Below, piece by piece: positions 13,140 to 23,644 of a DNA stretch of 64,000 bases (positions are counted from its first letter, which is position 1; each line of letters opens with the position of its first letter). Source of the DNA: Vicugna vicugna (Eukaryota); NCBI GenBank assembly GCA_013265495.1, contig MU058009.1, positions 3,489,780-3,553,779 on the forward strand, in the 5' to 3' direction. The notes below the pieces were generated by a model. It worked only from the letters and a program-made list of their open reading frames with translations, had not been told where the DNA came from and searched no databases. The translations under genes and the position numbers were made by a program.

Positions 13140-13700
13140 GAGATGCCATTGGGCAAGGGGACAACTTTTGATCTTTTTAGAAAGTCACTCTATTGTTTGC
13201 TTCAAAAATGCCCTGAGGCTGCCAGTTCCCCCAATTGAGGCTTTAAACATACGATGTCCATTTATCTATTTTCAGTCCTTTCAAATTCCTTCTCATTCTT
13301 GTGATTTGGGACAGGGGTGAGGGCAGCACCTGAATGGCTGCCACTCGCCATTCATTATCCCCCAGATCTCTATTAAGCCAGAGCATTTTTTCCCAATTGT
13401 TTCTTTCCTTCTAGGGATAAAGACCTCCCTTCACCCATCATGCCTCTGATCATTTTGCTGCCCTTTTCTGAAACTTCACTTTGTTGGCTCTGCTTTCTTT
13501 GACGCAAAGATGATCAAAGCAGCTCTAAGCACGCCAGCAATTTTTACAATAAATAGCATTTTCTGTGTTATTTTTCATCCCCATTTTAATGCAGCTCACT
13601 AGCCTTGCTTGTTCTTTAAACTGTCCCTGTGCATTTTCTATGGCTTTATATCAAACAGAAGAGTCACTTCAGATTACATCGGACTGCTTGCCCCATCCCA
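13140..13700 (-). mobile_element. CR1/L3 LINE relic (3' part, highly diverged)
   Basis: Collinear blocks match the reverse CR1/L3 consensus as I recall it: 'ggacaacttttgatctttttagaaagtcactct', 'cctctgatcattttgctgcccttttctgaaac', 'ttttaatgcagctcactagcc'. Confidence 0.5.
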
Positions 13701-14040
13701 GGTTCGCTTTAGCTGAATGTTGAGGTTGGAGAGATACAGTAAATGATCTTCTCCACAATGGTTTCGTTTTCCTTTATTTTTCCTTTCTGGAGTTTCTTGG
13801 AAGCACAGTGGTCTGCCCTGACCAGAAGTAAATGTGAGAAGAATGGAGAACTTGGAGTTTTTCAAGCCTTCATCCAGGCATAGCCACTCCCATCAACCAC
13901 ATAGTGATCCCAAAGCCTGTGTTTCCCCCCTTTCTGGGCCTTCCCTGTGGATAATTGCATCTATTTCTGCTTTTCCAACGTCAGCTTACTCTCATTACTA
14001 TGACTACATGCCACGATTCCCATTAAAGGCTAAAATTTCC

Positions 14041-14270
14041 TGAGCACTGACTCTGCGCCAGGCATATTTTAAGAACATCACTCGTGTTAACTCATTGGGT
14101 CCTCTACACAACTCAGTAGGTGAGTTCAACTATTATTCCATTTTATAGATGAGGAAATCAAGGCACAGAGAGGCCCATGACTAGACCAAGGTCACACACA
14201 CAGATCAGAAGTGGAGGGGGCAGGACTGAACTCAGACCCTCTGGCTCTGGAGCCTGAATTCCTCACTGGG
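14041..14270 (-). mobile_element. MIR SINE, near full length
   Basis: 'tgagcactgactctgcgccaggc...ccattttatagatgaggaaatcaaggcacagag...aaggtcacaca...ggactgaactcagaccctctggctctggagcc'. Confidence 0.9.
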
Positions 14271-14519
14271 TAGCAGTCAGTGCATTAAATGCTCTGCACA
14301 CATGATCCAAGTTTGGGTAGCAGTGTGTCTCACTGGAGGGACTCCGTGCTTCATTCAAATCAAGCTGTGTCTCAGTCTTTCAGGAAGACTTTATTGATTA
14401 ACATAAAGGCGTGAGCGAAGCCCAGAGGTTCCAGCTACACGTCGTGAGGTCAATGCCGTGCTTGTCACACTTGGTATAAAGGGCTTTACCTCCCGGAGCT
14501 TCCCTGTGGACACTGGGGT

Positions 14520-15130
14520 CCTTGAGGGCGGGGCCTGAGGTTCACTCATCTGTGAACCAGCCTGCGACGGCCCCTAAGGGAGGTCCCGGCACGCGTCCGT
14601 CCAGGGCTCCAGAGCCGAGTCAAAGCCGCGCGGAGTCTGAGAGGCGGCTGAGCGGGCGGCTGGGTGGGGGGCCTGGCCGGCTCCGTCCCGCGCCGCCCGG
14701 GCCTGGAAGGGAGCTCCTCGCGGGCCGGACTCTCCGAGCGGCTTCCCCTCTCTCTGCGGGGTGCGCGGTCCTCGCTCGGCCCGTGCCCGGCGCCTTCCGC
14801 CCCTTCCTCTGGCCGAACGTGCCTGTCCTTAGCTGGGGAGAGCGGGGTCGGGCTTCCGCGTCACTGCTGACGGCACAGAGCCCGAGGGCTGGGCTCAAAC
14901 CTCCTTTTGTAGCTATAATTTAACACACAGTCACCGTCAGGACCGAACGCTCCCACCCGGTTCATCCAAGAAGCCAACGGCACTGACTCCGTTCCCTGTG
15001 ACCTCGCGCCGTGGCCTCGGAGGGGCCTCCTGCCCGGCTGTGGCCCGGCGCTGCTAGAGGCGCCGAGGAAGGCGGCCCCGTCCCACTTTACATGCCCACC
15101 TCAAGTCCCCGGTGGGTGTGGGGTTAGTCA
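14520..15130. promoter_or_regulatory. CpG-island-like region, candidate promoter
   Basis: Very GC- and CpG-dense, free of repeats, GC box GGGCGGGG at 14526-14533. A well-formed + strand exon candidate follows at 15324. Confidence 0.6.
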
Positions 15131-15323
15131 AGACGCCTCGGTGACCCTGTCACACCCCCAGCGTGTCCCTCAGCGTTCTGGGAGGACAGTTGTTACCATG
15201 TGAAGGTCCTCAGTTAATGAGGCTTCATGGGTAAAATGCCAAACACGATGCAAAAGCACAATAATCATTTAAGCCATGTGTGTTCCCTTCCCCTTGTTCT
15301 TCAGTTTCCTCTCCTGCCTCTAG

Positions 15324-15489
15324 TTCATCTTCACACTGAACTCTGAGCCGAGACAGTGGACGCGGCTATGTTTGCCTACAGAAGGCGAAGCCGACGCAGA
15401 AAAAGTCTTGCCTACGGCAACAGCTCAGATCACAGGCCTGGCACCGGGCTCAGTAACGACCACTCAGAACAGCCTTTACTCTCCAAAAA
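15324..15489 (+). other. Candidate exon of an unidentified gene or transcript
   Basis: Polypyrimidine acceptor 'tttcctctcctgcctctag|ttc' and donor 'aaaa|gtatgt'. Frame 0 is fully open (FIFTLNSEPRQWTRLCLPTEGEAD...). A second frame has an ATG after an in-frame stop (MFAYRRRSRRRKSLAYG...EQPLLSK). No homologue recognised. Confidence 0.35.
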
Positions 15490-15699
15490 GTATGTCCACT
15501 CTCCATGGTGGGGACTTGGAATCCAAGTGCAAACACAACATCATATCTGCAAGTGTTTAAAATAAAGTGGTAACAATAATGGTGATACTTGCAATGATAA
15601 TGAAGATTCATGTGCTGGGCTGTTTACTGGCCATGTCACTCAGAGCACGGCTATGGGCCTCCTGCTGAGTGCCGTTTCACGGGTTCAGTAGAAGGTGAA

Positions 15700-16020
15700 A
15701 TCAGTAGGAACTCTTTCAGTTACAAGTAACAGGGGTTTGCTTTATATTTTATTATGTCAAAGATGTGGTGGTCGGCAGTGGCTCATGTTGGTTCAACAGC
15801 TCAGTGAGGTTCGGGCTCAGTTCAGCGTGTGTGTAATTCTGTTCACCTCCTCATTGTCACAAGATGGCTACCACAGCGCCAAGAATCAGGTCTGCATTCC
15901 AGTTAGGAAATAAGGGGCAGCATGGGGCATTTCTCTCACCAGGGAGAAAAAGCCTTCCCTGTTACATCTCTTTGACTGGAGTGGGATTAATGTCCCCCCA
16001 CCCCAGATTAAGGGCCAAGC
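15700..16020 (-). mobile_element. MLT1 (ERVL-MaLR) LTR fragment
   Basis: 'tcagtaggaactctttcagttacaagtaacag...tcacaagatggctaccacagcgcc...tctgcattccag' matches the reverse of MLT1J/K/L-type LTRs. Confidence 0.7.
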
Positions 16021-16579
16021 TCAAGTTTCCTAAAATCAGAGGACCCCCTCTGAGTCCTAAACAAACGTGGGGTGAGGTTCTGCCTGTGAGCAAGGAAAAC
16101 TGGCGTTTAGGAAGGCGGTTAACAGTGCCTAACACAAAAGAACGCTGGTCCAGAAAGGAAATGAACAGAAGCTGGTTCTTTTCCTCCCAATGGCTAACTG
16201 AGGCCATCGTAAAAGTCCGCATGCCTCTGCTTTCTTACCCGTAAATTAAAGACAACACTAGCCTGCTCTTCTCATAGGGAGGAAGTGAGGGAATATACAT
16301 ATGAAGAGATATTTTGGAGATTACAGAGAACCGTGAAAAGCAAATTATTATATTTAGGGCATTCTTTTCATTTTGGGAGGGGTGTTAGAGAGACATAAAA
16401 CCGTCTCTTCCTGGTGGAAGTCATACCCAGTAGGAAACCCAAACTGTCCGTATGTGAAATTGGGAATAATCTAAGGTTTAACTATAAACTCAAGAAAACA
16501 ATAGTGAAGTAATTACCAGTAGCGCAAAGAGACAATAGAAAGTCATGGCTGAGACTAAAGGATTTACAGTTACGCATTT

Positions 16580-17075
16580 CTGAGCTGAAGTCCCAGATTC
16601 AGCCCATCTTAGTCGTGTGATCTTGGGCAATTCACTTACCCTGTTTTTTTAATATATATTTTTATTGGAGTATAGTCAGTTTACAATGTTGGGTTAGTTT
16701 CTGGTAGACAGCACAATGCTTCAATTATACATGAACGTACGTGTATGCGTTTTCATATTCTTTTCCCCGTAAGTTACTACAAGATATTGCATATAATTTC
16801 CTGTGCTACAGTATGAACTTGTTGTTTATCTGTTTTACATATATTAGTATCTGCAAATCTTAAACTCCCAATTTATCCCTCCCCACCGCCTTCCCCCTGG
16901 GAACCGTAAGTTTGCTTTCTATGTCTGAATTCTCGTATCTTTTGAGTCTTTCCTCATCTGTAAAACAGAAAAAAATTCCTTCCTCACGGTGCTTTACGAT
17001 TTTAAGTCAAATGAAATATACACAGAATACTTAGTACAGGGTCTGGCAAAGGAGAGAAACTCAGTAGATGTTAAT
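16580..17075 (+). mobile_element. MIR SINE split by an L1 3' tail insertion
   Basis: MIR 5' half 'gtgtgatcttgggcaattcacttaccc' ends near 16642. It resumes near 16945 with 'tttcctcatctgtaaaacag...cttagtacagggtctggca...ctcagtagatgtta'. Confidence 0.8.
16644..16928 (-). mobile_element. L1 3' tail (camelid/artiodactyl type)
   Basis: 'ttttattggagtatagtcagtttacaatgttg...gttactacaagatattg...ctgcaaatcttaaactcccaatttatccctcc...gtaagtttgctttctatgtctg'. Confidence 0.9.
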
Positions 17076-18589
17076 TAACAAATAGTCATTAAGTGATTTA
17101 CTAGAAATTTCTAGAGGAAATTTCTCTTTCCTCATGATAGTGGTTCCTCCATCCCTTATGGAAGCAGGCGTCCTTGTGTCCCTGGGAAATGGCCGCCTTT
17201 TAACATGTTGAGCAGGTGCTGAATGATCTCAGTCCTCAGCCAGGGTCCCTGGAGCTCTGTATTAACCTTTTCCCAGGATGGTTATTGACAATTTACCCTT
17301 AGTCTTTGCTTCCTGCCTCTTAACTGGTTTTGTATTTGCCAGGAGGCGGTGCTTCTAGCCCAAGGCTTCAAATGAACTCATCCCCCTCTTTGTCCGAATC
17401 TTGGTCTCTTGTTACATTGAGTGAAAATGACCCAAACTGGGGTTTCCCTGAGCCTGGAAGAGAGCAGGGGATGGGAGGTGGCAAAATGTCAAAAGATCAA
17501 TCAGAAAAAGAGAGAACTGCCCCCCCGACCAAGGCCTCCTCTGTCCTGTGTGCAGCTCCCATTTCACTCCCAGTAAGACAGCTCACAAACTGGGGAGAAA
17601 AGGAAGAAGTTGATCAAGTGCCTTTTGGGTTTGGGGCATGATCCTGTCCATCTGAAAAAAAATGTATTTAACATGTGAAGGCTATCACCTGGAGACTCAG
17701 TCTGGGACCGCTTCACTTCGTCAGAAATATAATCCGGAAGGGAGCTGCCACAGTGGCAAACTGCAGTTTCAATTAGAACTGCGGGAGGGCTGGACCACAG
17801 GGAAGAGGGTTTTAAGCCTTGGTGGTCACAGGGGAGGCTGTGCAGACCCTTCTTGGCTGTGAAACAGGACAGAATTTCAGGCGATGTTGCTGCTGGCTGT
17901 CTCAGCATCTCTCAGCTCATCCTTCTTCCCAGCCTCAGTGCCTTCTTCCCTCCTCGCCTCCTGGCCCGAAAAGGCAACGCACCAGCAATCCCAGACCTGT
18001 GGCCAGGTGGGCTCTCAGAAGCCTTTGAGGGACGGATGGGCTTCGAATGGGCCTGCAGCCCTAAGGCGCCCACCAAGCTGTAGCCTCCTGCACCCAGACC
18101 AGTCTGGAGGGTGGGATGCGCTGGTCCTCTTGCAGCTGCTGTTCATCTCCAGACCGTGAATTCTCTAACTGGGCTTTGCACCTGCTCTTTCTTACCAGCT
18201 CCTCCAGCAAAGACTCAGAGTGGACCTCAGGTCCTCGGCATGGACACGGAGTAGGTCCTGCTGCAGGTGGGCGGCCCCCCTGGGAAAGCCCAGCAGCCCC
18301 GGGCCCAGCCGCTGCCCTGGCGCCAACCGGAGCCCTACGGGGACCTGCTCCGGCCTGCCGACCTCCAGGGCCCGTCCCAGAATCGCATCAGCTTCCTCCT
18401 CTCGGCTTCCACTCTGTCACTCTCCTCCCCAAGACCCCCAGAATGGAAGACTGAGTGCGCTTTGGGGCCAGCCCTCCTGGCCTGTGAGTAATGACATTTT
18501 TCTGTAGGAACTTTCAGATCCATCCAGATCCAAGCTGGACCACCAAACCCCGGGGGGACTCAGCTGTGGCCTCGTGCCAGGAGTTGGAA

Positions 18590-18780
18590 CAGACATACCT
18601 GGTGCAAATCCTGACTCTGCCAAGTACTAACCGTCCTAACTGCGTGTCCTTCAGCAAGTCACTGCCTTCTCCGATGCCTGGCTCCTCATCTGGGGATGGA
18701 GATAATGAAACCTTACTTTGAGGTCATCCAAGTGACACACTCAGAGCCATGTCTGGCCCAGAGGAATTGCCAATACAGTG
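18590..18780 (+). mobile_element. MIR SINE
   Basis: 'gcaaatcctgactctgcc...gtccttcagcaagtcactgccttctc...ctcatctggggatggagataatgaaacctt'. Confidence 0.7.
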
Positions 18781-19269
18781 TACCCGCAGTGCAATAATAG
18801 ATGGTTCAGGGAGGTAAATCTTTCTTATCCCGTGCCTTCAAGTAGCAATACCTGACTACAATTTAAAACATGGTTTTAAACGTTACAATAAACATCGATG
18901 CATGGTGGAGCAGAGTACAACCTTCATACACATTTTTAAGATAAAGCAGGTGACTTCCAAAACCTTGGTCGTGCCTGTTGTGTGCTGCCTCGGGCTCCCC
19001 TTCTGACAGCCTGGGGTAGGAGCTTTTTTCTCTGCTGTTTGAGGTATTTCAAAGACTTGAGCAATGAACAATAAAGCTTAAGTCAGGAAGAGAAGAATGC
19101 AGGAAATATATTTGCAGGGAGTAGATCCACGTGTGAGCTACGGACCGTGAAGAAAGAGATTCAGAGTGTTCTTGGCTGTTTTCATGATCATTTACCCCTG
19201 TTTCCTTCGCAGCTCTGTCCAGCCCTCCCTATCCAACAAACACTCCCATCGTGGCTTCAGGGGAAACAC

Positions 19270-19420
19270 AGAGAAGCCCAGTTAGGAAGCCCTTTGAGCA
19301 GGGATCAGTTTCTTAAACTCTTTATACCTCAGTTTCCTCATCTGGAAAATGAGCTTGTAATACTTATCCCGCAGAGCTGCAGTGGAGTTAGATACATGTC
19401 TCTAAGTCATCTAGTACATC
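19270..19420 (+). mobile_element. MIR SINE fragment
   Basis: 'tttcttaaactctttatacctcagtttcctcatctggaaaatgag...gagttagatacatg'. Confidence 0.75.
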
Positions 19421-19959
19421 TCCTGGCCCTTCTCAGCATTACTACTCCTACGTCCCTGGCCCTGGCTGCCTCTACCAACGACCTGGGACACTGTCACTGT
19501 GATATTCTCCTAGCTGGTCCCTGTTTCTGATCTCTCTGCACCCCTTGCCCCTGCCTCCACTAACCCCAGGGCAGCCAGAATGGTCTTTGAAGAACTGAGC
19601 TGCCCCTAGGACAGCTCCTGGTGGACAGAGTGGAGAAGGTGGACTGGTCAGTGAGAGCTGAGCTCCCGCTGCACACAGGACACCTCTGGGGGACGCCCTC
19701 CCAGCCTCTGTTCAGGTCTGGCCGCGGCAGGGGTCCAGGGCAGTGACCGACCACCTTCCCTCTGCCCACAGATCTGCAGGGAAGCCCATTCTTGTCCGTT
19801 CTTACTCGTTCTTACTGCACATGACTCAGAGAGCCACTTTAAAGCAAAGGATGAGACTTGCATGTAGGCATTAGACACAGAAACAGTCTCCCTGAGCAGG
19901 AAGCCACGCGGCGCATAATTGCTGTAGGTATCTAAGGGGTCAGGCCTCTGCTACCCAGC

Positions 19960-20200
19960 GAGGCTGGAAACCAGCTTTTTCATCATAAAGGAATGAGCTG
20001 CCAATGATTTTCATAGCTTGATTAACGCTCTTCAAACCCATCTCCATTGGGTGCAGAAGCGAAGCCTGGGGAAGATGGATGTTTCCTATTACTTGATGTA
20101 ATGACTGTGAGGCGGGCTAATGAAACCTTTACAGCCCGAGTTTACAGAGAAAAAACCAACACACACAGATCAATACCTGAGTTACAGTTCGAATGCACTG
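19960..20200 (+). mobile_element. Penelope-like element (PLE) reverse transcriptase fossil fragment
   Basis: Three collinear translated blocks: 19976- FFIIKE*AANDFHSLINAL; 20071- EDGCFLLLDVMTVRRANETFTARVYR; 20153-20194 KPTHTDQYLSYSSN. They match the PLE RT C-terminal motif 'F.i.....F..hlNs....I.Ft.E.E.dg.lpFLDv.v.r..dg.l.t.vYRKpThTd.Yl.f.S.Hp'. Confidence 0.8.
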
Positions 20201-22114
20201 ATAAATGGATGACAGGCTGCGGGCCTGGCCTCCGCACGGGGAAGGTGGGCCGGGGAGAGGGCGGGGGCGTGCTGGGAGGGAGCTGTCGATGCAAGAAGAT
20301 GAAGAAAGGTCCATGGTTGGACTGGTGGGGCCCCAGGGTGCCGAGAAGAGGTGATCTGAGCATGTGGGGGTCCAGGAGAATGGAGGGACCAGACACCCAG
20401 GAGGTGAGAGCCGGCTTCCGTCGTGAAGGCATTGCGCCCAGAAGTGAGGGATGCTGGTGCCCTGTGGCCGACGGCAAACGGCTTTGGTGGTGCACTCATG
20501 ATGAGGCTGGGCAGCCCTCTGCCCTCACTGTCCTTTCTGCTAATTAAAACCTCACCCCACGGTTTCCATTCCCAGTGCTCGTTAAGATTTTCTTGCGGTG
20601 ACGCAGGCATCCTTTGGTTTCCCGTGTCCTGGGTTCAGATCCCCGACAAGGAGGGACGGCATCTGCGCTCAGCTCGGCCTCTGTCCCGCTGCCGCTCAGA
20701 AGCCCCCTGGGGTCAGGTGACACCGCCTGCTGGCTGGGACAGCCAAGAAAGTCTAGCTTCTGGCACATCACCCATTCATCTTCTCAGACAGTGTTCCTTG
20801 CACAACTGTGGCCCAAGAGGGAATGTACACGGGAAAAATTCATAGCTTTGGCAGAAAACCCCTCACCTCCTCCAAGTCCGGAGTCTTCGCTGACATTCAG
20901 GAGGCTGCTGTGCCCCCTCCACCCCGCCACCCGAGCGCCGACTCCCCAGCCCACTCTTGTTTGCGTTTCTTGGCTTGTCCCAGCTCTGATGCAGGAAAGG
21001 AATTTTTGTGTGTTTTCTCATTGTGTGTCTCCGGCTCTTCAAGCCCCATCCGGTACGCAGCAGGAGCTCAGAGGATGCCCGTCCAAGGAGGAAATGAACG
21101 AGGATTGGCCCCACAGGGAGCCAGCTCACAGCCACTGCCCTGCATCTCAGTTTTCTGACCTGGAAAATGGGGATGATAATCCCTACTTTATCTTTCAGGT
21201 GGACTCACATACGTACAGTGAAAAATATGAAACACTACATTTAATCGGGCCACACGTTTTCCTTGCTGGTCGCCCTAAACACCGTGGAAGGCGTTCCAGC
21301 AAACAGGCCACCTCGAAGCTGAAACGGTTTCCCACCCTGTGGCTGAAATGGCTGCCTGCTCCAAACCCCTGATGCATGATGATGCCCTCCATGTCTTTAT
21401 CCAGAGTTATTTTGGGGGTTCAGCGCCCCGAGAAATGAGAACCGCAGACCAGGGCTGCGGGGTGTGCGCTCACCAGATGGCAACTGGACAGAAGGCGCCA
21501 TGTATAGCATCTGAGGGCGGGGCCTTCGGGACCTGTGCTTTAAATATAGGGGTGACGTTGCTCCTCTGGGGAGCACACTTCCTTCAGTTCTGCTGACCCA
21601 GTGGGACAGGTGAGCAGCAGCAGCAGGGAGAGTTTTGATAATCGCAGTTTGCTCAGGTGGGGAAGTGGGGCCAGCACCGAGGCAAGCAGGTGTCTCACCA
21701 GGGCTGGCGGCGGGACTGGGACTGGCGGTGAGAAGACCAGGGGCTTCCTCCCCTGATTCCCCTTCCTGCTGGGCCGTCCTCTTTATGGAAAGTCAACTGG
21801 TCCGAGGCTAATTACCCAGCCTGCTCTCCCAGTGTTAGCACCTCTTGTAAACAGCTTCCCACCCTTGGGCCTTTAGAGGACGCATGGCTGAAAAGCTGGC
21901 TGTGCCCTGCCGGGGTGTCTTCCGTTAGAGCCTCTGAGTGTCACGCTTCCCTCTGCACCCCCGCGATGTTGGGTGTGGACGCACACAGGTGCCTGCAGCA
22001 GAGAAACCCAACCCTCGCCGGGGCCCCTTCCTTCCCCTGGAAGCAGCAGAGGATGGGGCAGGGAAGGGGCGGAGGGCGTGAGTTTAGGGACCGGATGGAG
22101 ATGGACTCCCTGCT

Positions 22115-22225
22115 CTGCCACCATTGGCTGTGTGACTTTGGACCTGTCACCACGCCTCTCTGAGGCTCCTTTTCCTCACCTTTACATTGGAATAACAGAT
22201 CCTCTTGCACGGGCTGTGTGAGAAC
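22115..22225 (+). mobile_element. MIR SINE fragment
   Basis: 'ctctgccaccattggctgtgtgactttggacctgtcacc...tctctgaggctcctttcctcacctttacattggaataa'. Confidence 0.65.
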
Positions 22226-23644
22226 CACAGGAGACCAGGCACCGACAGGGCCCACAGGACGTAGAGCGCACGGCTGCCAGGTGAACAGGACGGCCCCTCC
22301 GGAGCTGCTGCTCTGCGCTGGGATTTGAGGATGGCTAACAGCAAGAGAGAGAGAAGCAACTCTGGACACGTTACGGGTCTCTGCCAGATGCCTACCCACT
22401 CCTCCTCACCATGGTCCTGTGAGTTGAGTAAACTTGCCCCACTCAACAGACAAGGAAACTGAAGTGCAGGGGGAATGAGGCACTTGCCCAAGGGGAGGAT
22501 GCTGACAGCGACGCACCTATGGTTCTAACGCCCACAGCCTTCGCCTGTCCCCAGGCCGCATCCCAGAGACGATTCCAGGCTGCACAACGCGTGGAGTTTG
22601 CCCACCGCCTCCAGGCGCAGGACATGTGGCTGAACACTCACACGGCACATGCACCTGTGCGCCCACCGCCACCACCTGGCCACGTGGTACTGAGGACCGC
22701 CTGCTGCAGGACAAGGTCAGGTGGAGAGGGGCAGCTTGGCTGCGGTAGGAAATAGCTGCGATTACCAGCAGCGGGCCGGCCAGGCACACGGGCGGGACGT
22801 GCGGGGCCCGAGGGACGGCAGAGAGCCCAGGAGACGGCGGAGACGGCGGTTCCTACGGACCTCCAGCCTTGGCGCTGCCGTTTCTGAGCCTTTAGCTCGT
22901 GGCACACACAGTGCTGCACGCCTCCTGTGCTGTGCGCTACCGGCTACTTGAAATAACCCTGCGAGATGCATCTTCCTCCCATCCTGCAAACAAGGAACCT
23001 GAGGTCCAAAGAGGCCACCCTCTGGGGAGGAGAGTGGGAAGGTCAGTGAGGGGAGATGGCTCCAGGGGCACCGGAGAGGGAGGCTGTCACTCTGCCGAAA
23101 TTAGTGCTTGTCCCGGGAGGCCTCCCGTCCCCCAGCCCCTCTCACCAAGACCCTCTGCTCAGCCTTCGAGGTCGGATCAGTCAGCCCCGCCTGGAGCCCT
23201 CCGTCCTTCCCCATTAGACCTTGTAATTGGAGAACCTGACACAATGCCTAGCTGGCCGTCACCCACCTAGTCGGGGCTCCAGTGCTTGCTGGCAGACAAA
23301 TCAATGACTGAATGAAAGGTCCAGAGCACCCTGCCCCACCAGACTCTGCAGTGATGGAGACTTGCTTGCATCTTTGCTGCCCGGCCCAGCGGCCCCTGGT
23401 CACAGGTGGCCACGGCTGTCACGCTGGACAGCACGTCTGGAGACGTGGGCTCTCCCCGTTGCTGCCGGCAGCCGGTTTACTGACCACCACGGGTCTCGTG
23501 GGGTGGAGATGCAGCTGAGTCTACACTTGGGCGAGTCCAGCCACACTCCTCAGAACACGGCTAGCTCATCCTGGAGTATCTTTGGGAACTTCCTCCACTT
23601 TCAGCAGCTGTTGGCCCCGGGTAGCCGCCAGGATCCCAATTTCC

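Noticed and set aside
13634-13655. miR-135-like 'tatggcttt' seed match
   Set aside because: Only 9 nt match, the rest diverges, there is no hairpin, and it lies within the CR1 relic.
20047-20547. 166-aa ORF as an intact RT or domesticated gene
   Set aside because: Only about 30 residues are PLE-like. The conserved KPTHTDQYL block is in another frame, the YVDD motif is missing, and the rest is GC-rich low-complexity sequence.
20614-21372. 252-aa ORF
   Set aside because: No recognisable homology, Pro/Ser/Arg-rich composition, and it crosses a MIR fragment. This is typical of chance ORFs in GC-rich DNA.
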